The notes under the pieces were generated by a model. That model was given only the letters and a program-made list of their open reading frames with translations, ran no database searches and was not told the DNA's origin. This document shows positions 48,524 to 56,580 of a stretch of 64,000 nucleotides of DNA, in pieces. A program made the translations under genes and the position numbers. This DNA is from a bacterium. Its GTDB lineage: Bacteria; UBA8248. The stretch's first letter is position 1, and every line of letters begins with the position of its first letter. The stretch covers positions 2,464,001-2,528,000 of the forward strand of contig OZ244799.1 in the NCBI GenBank assembly GCA_965219955.1, given 5' to 3'.

Positions 48524-48528
48524 AAGTT

Positions 48529-48945
48529 ATGAGAATCATCGTTGTCCTATCACTCGTCGCTGCATTCTGTTTCACGATGCTTTCACCGGCTCAAGCCGAC
48601 GAATCCATGCGAGGCGCAAGGCTGTCCAAATGCATCGAGGCAGGAATAGGCGGGCGTATGCCGAAGGATGTCGCCAAGGATCCCGCCGCCTTCATCAAAA
48701 AGGAAATGAAGGCGAAGAGTGGTTTGGGAATGGCTTGTGGGTGGATCCTTCGCGCCGAAGGCGCGCTTCTCAAGTTCATGTCGGACCGCGACAAATGGGC
48801 CGGCCTGTGCGCCGGCCTTCGGGACGGCCTTTCAGGCGCGCATCCAGGCCTCGTCAACGAAAAGTTCTTTACTGCGATTGGATGCGCTCCTTCCCCGCTT
48901 TCGGGCGGCATGATAGGCGTTCACGGGCGATCATACCCGAACTAG
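48529..48945 (+). CDS. Secreted hypothetical protein with four Cys in the mature part
   Basis: Signal peptide 'MRIIVVLSLVAAFCFTMLSPAQA'; GGGGGAAAG RBS; downstream terminator. Confidence 0.7.
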   Translation: MRIIVVLSLVAAFCFTMLSPAQADESMRGARLSKCIEAGIGGRMPKDVAKDPAAFIKKEMKAKSGLGMACGWILRAEGALLKFMSDRDKWAGLCAGLRDGLSGAHPGLVNEKFFTAIGCAPSPLSGGMIGVHGRSYPN

Positions 48946-49022
48946 AATACGCCGCGAGGCATCTTTCGCGCCCCTTTTGGTGAGGGTCGCGAATATGGGC
49001 GGAGCGGAGGTGTCCGCGGCCT

Positions 49023-49049
49023 AAAGCCCCTCTCTTTAGAGGGGCTTTT
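49023..49049. terminator. Intrinsic terminator hairpin
   Basis: AAAGCCCCTCT-cttt-AGAGGGGCTTTT. Confidence 0.7.
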
Positions 49050-49165
49050 CGCTTTTCGAGGTAACTGAAATGACGTCTCTATTGCTTGGCGTCACGATGC
49101 TCCCGTTTCCTGCTGCTTGTTCGACCAATACGCTCAAAATCAATTCGCAAGGTGATGTGGAAGAA

Positions 49166-49244
49166 GCGACCTCGCCACGCTGCTCCTCGCCACCGGCCAC
49201 GCCCTGCCCTACCGTGGCGGACGCCGCCCGAGCTGGTGTTGAGG
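49166..49244 (+). pseudogene. Duplicated 3' end of the thermonuclease gene
   Basis: 78/79 identical (hand count) to 45908-45986, including the stop codon. Confidence 0.92.
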
Positions 49245-49261
49245 AATCAAACGCGAGTGAA

Positions 49262-49533
49262 GAGGGGTTGTTGAAAAAGCCCGAGGAGAGAGGAATCACT
49301 CCCCCCTTGAGGGGGAGTCAACGAGGCAAGGGCGAAGCCCGCAGGCGAGTTGGTGGGGGGACATGCCACAGAAAAACTCCCCCCACCGATTCAGCCTTCG
49401 CATAAACCGCTCGGCTTCATCGTCTGGCTTTCCCCTCGGGAAGCCAGACCCTCAAGGGGGGAGTGGTTTCTTCTCTCTCGTCAGTTGCCTAAATTCCCAA
49501 AATCGCTCCACGGGGCTTTTTCAACAACCCCTC
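49262..49533. mobile_element. MITE-like non-autonomous element, 272 bp
   Basis: Perfect 21-bp terminal inverted repeats GAGGGGTTGTTGAAAAAGCCC/GGGCTTTTTCAACAACCCCTC; internal palindrome CACTCCCCCCTTGAGGG...CCCTCAAGGGGGGAGTG; no transposase ORF. Confidence 0.8.
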
Positions 49534-49570
49534 ATCAATCGCGTTCGCCCTTCGATACGCGGCTTCGCCG

Positions 49571-50740
49571 CTACTCCAGCGCGCAGCCTTTGCGCTCCCG
49601 GCGCAGGCAGCCGAGGTTGCGGTGGAACACCGCCGCCTGCGCCCGCGCGAAGCCGGCCGGGCCCGCGCTGTTCTCCCGGCTGTTCCGGTACCGCGCCCAG
49701 TCGCCCTCGTTCCCCTCGCGCCAGTAGCCGCCCAGGATCTGCGCGGGCAGGGGCTTGAGTTCGGGCAGGGTGTTGTAGCGGGCCCCGGGCGGGCCGTCGC
49801 GGCCGGGCAACAGGCGGCGCTCGCCGAGGAAGCCGTGGAACGAGTAGAAGGCGTCGGAGCCGGGGAGGAAGGCGAGCTCGTAGTCGACGGTGCGGTCCGG
49901 GTCGGTGATGTCGTCCGCCGACATCATCGGCCGCGTGCCGAAACCCATCATGAAGGCCCTGGCGTCATGGTCCAGAAACCGCACCGCCCGGCGCGCCTTC
50001 CGTCCCGCAACGTGGGGGTAGAGCTCGTTCGAGCGGATGGCCACGTCGACCTCGAAGCGTCCGTCGGACCCGGGCTCCACCGACTCGCCGACCAGGTAGG
50101 TGCGCAGGTAGTTGTGCTGCTGCAGGGTCAAGGCGACGGGACGCCCATCCGCGGCCAGGACCACGAACGCGGCGGTGTAGTGGTCGAGCTGGTGCCAGTC
50201 GTCGAGGTCCGCCACCAGCCGGAGCGGGACCGCCGCGGCCAGGGGCAGCCCCGCCGGCAGGCCGCTCACCCGGAATACCAGATGGTAGGTGAGGACGGTG
50301 AATTCCCCGGCCGGCCGGTCCGCCTCCTCCGGCGCCCACAGGCCGGTGCGCTCCACCGTGGCGTAGACGAGGGGCCGGGGCTCGACTTCGCCCGGCACGT
50401 GCGTGAACTCGGCGCGGGCGTCGTCGCGGTAGCGGTTCAGGTCGCCGGCGGTGGGGCCGTCGATGCGAACGCCGTCGCCCGTTACCAGGTAGCCGTGGGC
50501 GATGTAGTCGCGGTAGAAGTCGATGGGGCCTTCGTGGCCGGCGGGCAGGTGGAAGCGCGGCGCGTGGCGGCGGGCCAGGGCCCGGTCGGCCGGACCGGCG
50601 GCGTCGGCTGGAGGGTTGGCCGCGAAATACGCGGCGAACCCGGGGCGCTGCGAGAAGTTGCCGTCCGCGGCGGCAGGGCCGGCCCATGCGCAGATCAGCA
50701 CGAGCCCCGCGAGACAGCCGATTATCTGCACGTAACGCAT
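49571..50740 (-). CDS. Secreted hypothetical protein
   Basis: Signal peptide 'MRYVQIIGCLAGLVLICAWAGPAAA'; strong GC3 codon bias; conserved-looking 'DWHQLDHY', 'QQHNY', 'SNELYP', 'PGRDGPPGA.YN'. Confidence 0.75.
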   Translation of the reverse strand: MRYVQIIGCLAGLVLICAWAGPAAADGNFSQRPGFAAYFAANPPADAAGPADRALARRHAPRFHLPAGHEGPIDFYRDYIAHGYLVTGDGVRIDGPTAGDLNRYRDDARAEFTHVPGEVEPRPLVYATVERTGLWAPEEADRPAGEFTVLTYHLVFRVSGLPAGLPLAAAVPLRLVADLDDWHQLDHYTAAFVVLAADGRPVALTLQQHNYLRTYLVGESVEPGSDGRFEVDVAIRSNELYPHVAGRKARRAVRFLDHDARAFMMGFGTRPMMSADDITDPDRTVDYELAFLPGSDAFYSFHGFLGERRLLPGRDGPPGARYNTLPELKPLPAQILGGYWREGNEGDWARYRNSRENSAGPAGFARAQAAVFHRNLGCLRRERKGCALE

Positions 50741-50805
50741 CACATCACCGCGGAATGCCTGTGAACCCTGGTTTTCGGCCCTCTTGTGCGCGTTTCCAAT
50801 CCCCC

Positions 50806-53178
50806 CTACCCCAAAACCTCCCGACACGCCGCTTCGATGTGCGCTTGTCCGATTTGTAAGGCGTCGTAGACCTCGTGCGGGAGGCCGCTCTGGCCGAACT
50901 GGTCGGTGCCCAGGCATCTCTGGTCGGCGCCCAGCGCGCCGCCTAAGAATGAGAGCGCGAGCGAGTGGCCATCCAGCACGGAGACGATCGGGTTGTCGCG
51001 GTGGTCATCGCCCACCATCATCTCGAGGCGCGAGGGGCGGCCCGCTTTTTTCGCCTTCTTGTGCTCCGCGTAAATCCTGTCCGCGCTCGTGAGGACGAAG
51101 ACGTTCGCGTATACCCCCTCCGCCGCAAGCGTATGGGCGGCGGCGAGGGCCTCTGGCGTCATCACCCCGCTCACGAAGAGGTTCACCGCGTTCACACCCG
51201 CGCGGTAGCCGGGCGCTTCTTTCGCCGAGTGCAGCAGGTAGCCGCCGCCCAGGACGTTATTCCTCAATACCTCGCGCTTCAGTGGGTCCCCGAGCCACTC
51301 GGCAGGCAGGAGGTTCTGATCCACCTGCTTCGTGCTCAGGCGCAGGTAGAACGCCGGGCAATCGCCCTCCCCGAGAACGCGGCCGATAGCCGAGAGGAGC
51401 AGCCACTCGACCTCGACGGCGAAGGTCGGCTCATAAGCCTCCAGCCCCGGCATCTCCAGGGAGATGGCGGGCGTCAGGATGCTCTGGTGCGCGCCGCCCT
51501 CAGGCGAGAGGCTCGTGCCGCTCGGCGTCGCCACCACGATGAAGCGCCCGCCGTTATAGACCGCGTAGCGGAGCGCGTCCAGACAGCGGCTGATGAAGGT
51601 GTCGTACACCGTGCCGATGGGGCAGACGCGCACCCCGCAAAGCTCCTTCGATACGCCGAACGCGGCGAGCAGGAGCATGAGGTTGTTCTCGGAAATCCCC
51701 AGTTCGATGTGCCGGCCCGCAGGCGATTCCTCCCATTTGAGGAGCCGCTGCACCTGCTGGAGCGCGAAGAAATCCGCCTTGCCCTCGGGGTGATAGACGC
51801 CGCGCCGGTTGATCCAGCCGCCCAGGTTCGTGCTCACCGCCACGTCGGGCGATGTGGTGACGATGTGCCGCGCGAGCGCGTCCTCCCGCGCCAGGTTCGT
51901 CATGATGGCGCCGAACGCCTCCTGCGTGGAAGTCCTGGAGGCGAAGTTCGCCCCCACCTCCTCGGGTACGGGCTCGGGGGTTATCTCTTCTCTTGCGAGA
52001 GTGGCCCGCGCGTCGTAGCGCGCCACCGCTCGCTCGACCGCGCGGGCCTCGCTGCTATCCGCCGAGAGGGGCGCCAGTTCCTCGCCCTCGCCCAGGCCCG
52101 CGGAATCGCGCAGTTCGGCGATTTGCGCATCCGTCAGCAGTTGGGAGTGGTTCATCGGGTCGCCCGCGATGGGAAGCCCCCAGCCCTTGATGGTGTAGGC
52201 GAGGATCATCACGGGCTTGTCGCGAACGCCGTCCGCCTCCTCCAGCGCCTCCAGGATGCACTCGATGTCGTGGCCGCCCAGGTCAGACAGGAGCGCGGGC
52301 AGTTCCTCGTCCGGGTAGCGATCCAGAAGGCCCGCCAGACCCTCGTATTCGCCCGCCTCACCGCGCGTTAAGCCCTCTCTTATCTCGCGCCCGCTTCTGC
52401 CGATCAACATCTGGTATTCGCCGTTCGACATGTCGTCGATGCGCCGCCTCAGCGACTCGCCGTTTCTGAGCGCGAACGCGGCCTGGAGGCGCTTTCCGTA
52501 CTTGAGCTCCACCACGTGCCAGCCGTGCAGGCGGAACTGGTCGCGAATCTGCTGCGCCTTGCCGTCAGGCACGACGCGGTCCAGGCTCTGTCGGTTCAGG
52601 TCCACCACCCAGATGACGTTGCCCAGGTGCGCCACGTATTCCTCGGCCAGCGCCTCCCAGATGTTCCCCTCGTCGAGCTCCGCGTCCCCCACCAGGGAGA
52701 TGAAGCGCTGCGGCGGGCCCGCGCCGAAGTGATCGTCGATGTAGGACTGCATGAGCGCGGCGAACGAGGCGGCGACCGAGGGCAGCCCGAGCGAGCCGGT
52801 GGAGAAATCGACGGGGTATTCATCCTTGGAACGGCTGGGATACGCCTGCAGGCCGCCGAAGGCGCGGAGATCCCGCAGGCGCTCCATCGGCAAATCGCCC
52901 CGGAGCGCGTGGGCCGCGTGCAGCACGGGCGAGGCGTGGGGCTTTATCGCCAGCCTGTCGCCCGTCTTGAGCCAGCGGAAGAACATGGCCGTCATCAGGC
53001 TCACGACGGATGAGGAACTCGCCTGGTGTCCGCCTATCTTGATGTTCTCCGAACCCGCGCGCAGGTTGTTCGCGTAGTGGACGCTGTAGGTGGAGAGCCA
53101 CAGGAGGCGCTTCTCGATAAGCCGCAGAATATCGGCCTCGTCCTGCTCGATGGCGTTCGTCTCTGGCGGAGGGTTCAC
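50806..53178 (-). CDS. aceE: Pyruvate dehydrogenase E1 (homodimeric AceE type) / transketolase-like TPP enzyme
   Basis: 'GGHQASS', 'KPHASP', TPP motif 'GDAELDEG...NRQSLD', 'GISE', 'EGGAHQS', 'FGQSG'. Confidence 0.8.
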   Translation of the reverse strand: MNPPPETNAIEQDEADILRLIEKRLLWLSTYSVHYANNLRAGSENIKIGGHQASSSSVVSLMTAMFFRWLKTGDRLAIKPHASPVLHAAHALRGDLPMERLRDLRAFGGLQAYPSRSKDEYPVDFSTGSLGLPSVAASFAALMQSYIDDHFGAGPPQRFISLVGDAELDEGNIWEALAEEYVAHLGNVIWVVDLNRQSLDRVVPDGKAQQIRDQFRLHGWHVVELKYGKRLQAAFALRNGESLRRRIDDMSNGEYQMLIGRSGREIREGLTRGEAGEYEGLAGLLDRYPDEELPALLSDLGGHDIECILEALEEADGVRDKPVMILAYTIKGWGLPIAGDPMNHSQLLTDAQIAELRDSAGLGEGEELAPLSADSSEARAVERAVARYDARATLAREEITPEPVPEEVGANFASRTSTQEAFGAIMTNLAREDALARHIVTTSPDVAVSTNLGGWINRRGVYHPEGKADFFALQQVQRLLKWEESPAGRHIELGISENNLMLLLAAFGVSKELCGVRVCPIGTVYDTFISRCLDALRYAVYNGGRFIVVATPSGTSLSPEGGAHQSILTPAISLEMPGLEAYEPTFAVEVEWLLLSAIGRVLGEGDCPAFYLRLSTKQVDQNLLPAEWLGDPLKREVLRNNVLGGGYLLHSAKEAPGYRAGVNAVNLFVSGVMTPEALAAAHTLAAEGVYANVFVLTSADRIYAEHKKAKKAGRPSRLEMMVGDDHRDNPIVSVLDGHSLALSFLGGALGADQRCLGTDQFGQSGLPHEVYDALQIGQAHIEAACREVLG

Positions 53179-53213
53179 GCCCGTCCCTCCCTCGGGAGTG
53201 CGGGGTGTCGGAA

Positions 53214-53921
53214 CTACTCGCGCACCCCGGTGTGAAGCTCGGCGATGCCGCCCGTCATCGGGCGATGGCTCACCTCGCGAAAGCCCGCATCGCGCATCAT
53301 CGCCGAGAGCCTATCGGCTTCGGGAAATTCATAAACCGTGTTTGGGAGGTAATTATACGCGCTTCGGTGCGCGGAGACGAGCCGCCCCACCACCGGGAGC
53401 AGCACCCGGAAGTAAAAGGCGTACAAGAGCCCGAAGAGGCCCTTAGGGTGGCCGAATTCCAGCACCACGAGCCTGCCGCCCTCTTTCAAGACGCGCCCCA
53501 TCTCGGCCAGGCCCGCCTCGCGATCCTCGAAATTGCGCAGGCCGAACGCGATGATCACCCCGTCGAACGCGGTATCCGGAAAAGGGAGACTCAAGCCGTC
53601 TCCCTGTATCAGCGAAAGCGGAGCGCCCTGCTTCTCCGCCTTCGTCTTTCCGCGCGCGAGCATGGGATACGCGAAATCAACGCCGACGATGCGCGCGCTG
53701 CTATCGGCTTGGGCGTGCGCTTCCAGAGCCACGTCCGCCGTGCCCGTCGCCAGGTCGAGGAAGCGGGCTTTTCCTTTGAAATCGCCAAGAAGGCTCGCCA
53801 CGGCGCGCTTGCGCCAGAGGCGGTCCACGCCGAAACTTAAGGTTCGGTTTAAGAGGTCGTAGGTGGGCGCGATGTCCGAGAACATCGCCTGTACATCTTT
53901 TTTCTCGACCCGGGTCGGCAC
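53214..53921 (-). CDS. ubiE: Demethylmenaquinone methyltransferase (UbiE/MenG)
   Basis: 'MFSDIAPTYDLLNR.LSFG', 'LDLATGTAD', 'FGLRN', 'LEF'. Start GTG 53921 or ATG 53885. Confidence 0.92.
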   Translation of the reverse strand: MPTRVEKKDVQAMFSDIAPTYDLLNRTLSFGVDRLWRKRAVASLLGDFKGKARFLDLATGTADVALEAHAQADSSARIVGVDFAYPMLARGKTKAEKQGAPLSLIQGDGLSLPFPDTAFDGVIIAFGLRNFEDREAGLAEMGRVLKEGGRLVVLEFGHPKGLFGLLYAFYFRVLLPVVGRLVSAHRSAYNYLPNTVYEFPEADRLSAMMRDAGFREVSHRPMTGGIAELHTGVRE

Positions 53922-53929
53922 GCGCGCGC

Positions 53930-54808
53930 TCAGCCCGCGCCGATGAGCACGTCGGCGACCGCGCCCGTTGCGATGACCACGGACACCCAGGCGTTCAAGT
54001 TGAAGAAGGATATATCCACGCGGCTCAGGTCGTCCGGCCGCACGATCCAGTGCTCCCAGAAGAGGAGACACCCCGCCGCCGCGAGCGCCAGCCAGTAAAG
54101 CGCGCCCAGGCCGAACGCATAGCCCGCGGCGAAGAAACAGGCCATCGTCCCCAGGTGGGCTACGCCTGAGACGATGAGCGCGCCCTTGACTCCTAAAAGA
54201 CGCGGCAGGGAGTGGATGTCCTCCTCGCCGTCGAAATCCACGTCCAGACAGGCGTATATCAGGTCGAAGCCACCCACCCATAGGGTGACGCCCAAGAACA
54301 GCAATACGGGCACGAAGCCGAGGTCGCCGCGCACGGCCACCCAGGCGCCCGCGGGCGCGCAGCCCAGGACGAAGCCCAGGAACAGGTGCGTCCAGGAGGT
54401 GAAGCGCTTGGAATAGCTGTAGAGGACGATGCACGCCGCCACGGCGAAGGAAAGCGCGAACGCGAGCGGATTCAGCATCCAGGCCGAGAGGAGAAAGAGC
54501 GCCAGGAAGCCCGCCAGCATCGCGAGGATGGATTTGGAATGCAGCAGCGCCTGGAACTCGGCGCGGTCTTTCGTCCTCGGGTTCCTGGGGTCGATGTCCC
54601 TGTCGGCGAAGCGGTTGAGCGACATGGCGAAGTTCCGCGCGCCCACCGCCGCCATGACCATCCAGAACAGGACCCAGGCGGAAGGAACCCCGCCGGCCGC
54701 CATCACGCCGCCCATGAGAACGAAGGGGAGGCCGAAGACGGTGTGCTCGAACTTCACCATGCGCAGGAACTGTTTGAAGCTCGCGCTCATCGACGCCTCA
54801 GCCGCCAA
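53930..54808 (-). CDS. mqnP: UbiA-family prenyltransferase (MqnP type)
   Basis: 'KFEHTVFGLPF', 'NRFADRDID..NPRT', 'YSYSKRF', 'GFDLIYACLD'. Confidence 0.85.
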   Translation of the reverse strand: MAAEASMSASFKQFLRMVKFEHTVFGLPFVLMGGVMAAGGVPSAWVLFWMVMAAVGARNFAMSLNRFADRDIDPRNPRTKDRAEFQALLHSKSILAMLAGFLALFLLSAWMLNPLAFALSFAVAACIVLYSYSKRFTSWTHLFLGFVLGCAPAGAWVAVRGDLGFVPVLLFLGVTLWVGGFDLIYACLDVDFDGEEDIHSLPRLLGVKGALIVSGVAHLGTMACFFAAGYAFGLGALYWLALAAAGCLLFWEHWIVRPDDLSRVDISFFNLNAWVSVVIATGAVADVLIGAG

Positions 54809-56261
54809 GGCCGTACTCCTCCCAGCGCCTCGTGACGCGCTCCTTGATCTCGTCGGTCATCACGATCTCGGGCGGCCATTCGCGCTCGAAACCCTCGGAC
54901 GCCCACTTGCGGGTGCCGTCCACGCCCACCTTGCTGCCCACGTGCAGGCGCGGGGCGGCGTGTTCGAGCGCGTCCACGGGGCCGTCGACGAACACCATGT
55001 CGCGCCTCGGGTCGATGCTGCCGAGCACCTTCCAGGAGACCTCGCTGATGTCGTGCACGTTCACGTCCTCATCCACGATGACGATGACCTTCGCCAGCGC
55101 CATCTGGCCCATCCCCCACAGGGCGTACATGACCTTCCGCGCGTGGTAGGGATAGGACTTGCGGATGGAGACGATCACCATGTTGTGGAACACGCCCTCG
55201 GCGGGCATGTGCACGTCCACGATCTCGGGGAGCTGCATTTTCATGAGCGGCAGGAAGATGCGCCCCGTCGCCCCGCCTAACCAGTAGTCCTCCATCGGGG
55301 GCCTGCCCACGATGGTGGTGGGGTAGATGGCCTCACGCTTCCTCGTGATGGCCGTGACGTGAAAGACGGGGTAATCGTCCGCCAGGGAATACCAGCCCGT
55401 GTGATCGCCGAAGGGCCCCTCCTCCCTCAACTCGCCCGGGTTCAGGTAGCCCTCCACCACGATGTCCGAATCCGCGGGCACCTCCACGTCCACCGTCTTG
55501 CACTTGACGAGCTCGGCGCTCTTCCGTCTTAAAAAACCGGCGAGGTTCAACTCGTCTATCGCGGGCGGGAGCGGCGCGCTCGCCGCGTAGACGTAGACGG
55601 GGTCGCCGCCCAGGGCGATGGCCATCTCCATGCGCGCGCCCATCTTGGTGCTGTCCTGAAAGTTCTGCGCCCCGTCGTGGTGTAAGTGCATGTGCATGCC
55701 GGCTGTCTTCTCGTCGAAGAACTGCACGCGGTAGAGGCCCACGTTCCTGCGGCCCGTCCGGGGGTTTCGCGAGTAGATGTGCCCGAAGGTGATGTAGCGT
55801 CCCGCGTCCTCGGGCCAGCACTTGATGGCGGGAATCGAGAAGAGGTTCGGGTTTTCGGTCTCGACGATCTCCTGGCACGGCGCCGAGCTCACCGACTTGG
55901 GCGAGAAAGACGCGAGCCGCGCGAGCTTGGGCAGCATCTTCACCTTCTCGATGATGCCCTCGGGCGGCTTGATCTCCAGAAGCTCGGCCACCTCGTCCGC
56001 CACCGCGTCCATGCTGTCGACGCCGAGGGCCAGCTTCATCCGAAGGTCCGAGGCGTAGGCGTTGATGAGGACGGGTATGTCGTATTCCTCGCCGCCTGGG
56101 GCGACAGGCTTTTCGAACAACAGGGCGGGGCCGCCGCTCTTCACCGAGCGGTCGGCGATCTCGGTGATTTCGAGCTCGATATCCACCGGGACCCTGACGC
56201 GGCGCAACTCACCCGCGCGCTCCAGGGAATCGACGAATTCTTTAAGGGAGGCGTACGCCAT
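54798..56261 (-). CDS. mqnL: Menaquinone biosynthesis decarboxylase (UbiD family, MqnL)
   Basis: 'EITEIADR', 'NVGLYR', 'EGPFGDHTG', 'GRPPMED', 'GMGQM'. Confidence 0.88.
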   Translation of the reverse strand: MAYASLKEFVDSLERAGELRRVRVPVDIELEITEIADRSVKSGGPALLFEKPVAPGGEEYDIPVLINAYASDLRMKLALGVDSMDAVADEVAELLEIKPPEGIIEKVKMLPKLARLASFSPKSVSSAPCQEIVETENPNLFSIPAIKCWPEDAGRYITFGHIYSRNPRTGRRNVGLYRVQFFDEKTAGMHMHLHHDGAQNFQDSTKMGARMEMAIALGGDPVYVYAASAPLPPAIDELNLAGFLRRKSAELVKCKTVDVEVPADSDIVVEGYLNPGELREEGPFGDHTGWYSLADDYPVFHVTAITRKREAIYPTTIVGRPPMEDYWLGGATGRIFLPLMKMQLPEIVDVHMPAEGVFHNMVIVSIRKSYPYHARKVMYALWGMGQMALAKVIVIVDEDVNVHDISEVSWKVLGSIDPRRDMVFVDGPVDALEHAAPRLHVGSKVGVDGTRKWASEGFEREWPPEIVMTDEIKERVTRRWEEYGLGG

Positions 56262-56276
56262 GATTTTCGGGGAAAA

Positions 56277-56561
56277 CTATTCGATGACCTTGGGAACGCG
56301 GAAATGGCCCTTTGCGAAATCGGGCGCCATCTTTTCCATGTTCTCGATGGGGGAGTCGGTGACCGCATCCTCGCGGAACACGTTCACGATGTCGAGGACG
56401 TGCGAGGTGGGCGCCACGCCTTCGGTGTCCACCTCGTTCAGCTTGGCGATGTGCTCCAGAATCGCGCCGAGCTGCCCAGTGAATTTCTCGATCTCATCCT
56501 CGCTGAGGTTCAGCCGCGCCAGCCTGGAAACGTGAACCACGTCTTCGCGTGAAATGGACAT
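56277..56561 (-). CDS. gatC: Asp/Glu-tRNA amidotransferase subunit C
   Basis: 'ISREDVVHVSRLARL', 'VDTEGV.PT', 'RED', 'FRVPKVIE'. Confidence 0.93.
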   Translation of the reverse strand: MSISREDVVHVSRLARLNLSEDEIEKFTGQLGAILEHIAKLNEVDTEGVAPTSHVLDIVNVFREDAVTDSPIENMEKMAPDFAKGHFRVPKVIE

Positions 56562-56580
56562 CTCTTCCCCCTTTGCGCCC

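Noticed and set aside
49036-49165. Intact gene in ORF 49036..49299 or 49070..49405
   Set aside because: These ORFs run across the SNase fragment and the MITE, so they are chimeric; at most a short unidentified gene remnant.
48192-50906. Diversity-generating retroelement TR/VR pair (aceE 3' repeat; also the SNase repeats)
   Set aside because: Mismatches are not adenine-specific on either strand, several are synonymous, and no reverse transcriptase is in the window.
53922-54434. Upstream extension of the ubiE ORF (406 aa in the track)
   Set aside because: It overlaps mqnP in another frame; UbiE similarity starts near 53921.
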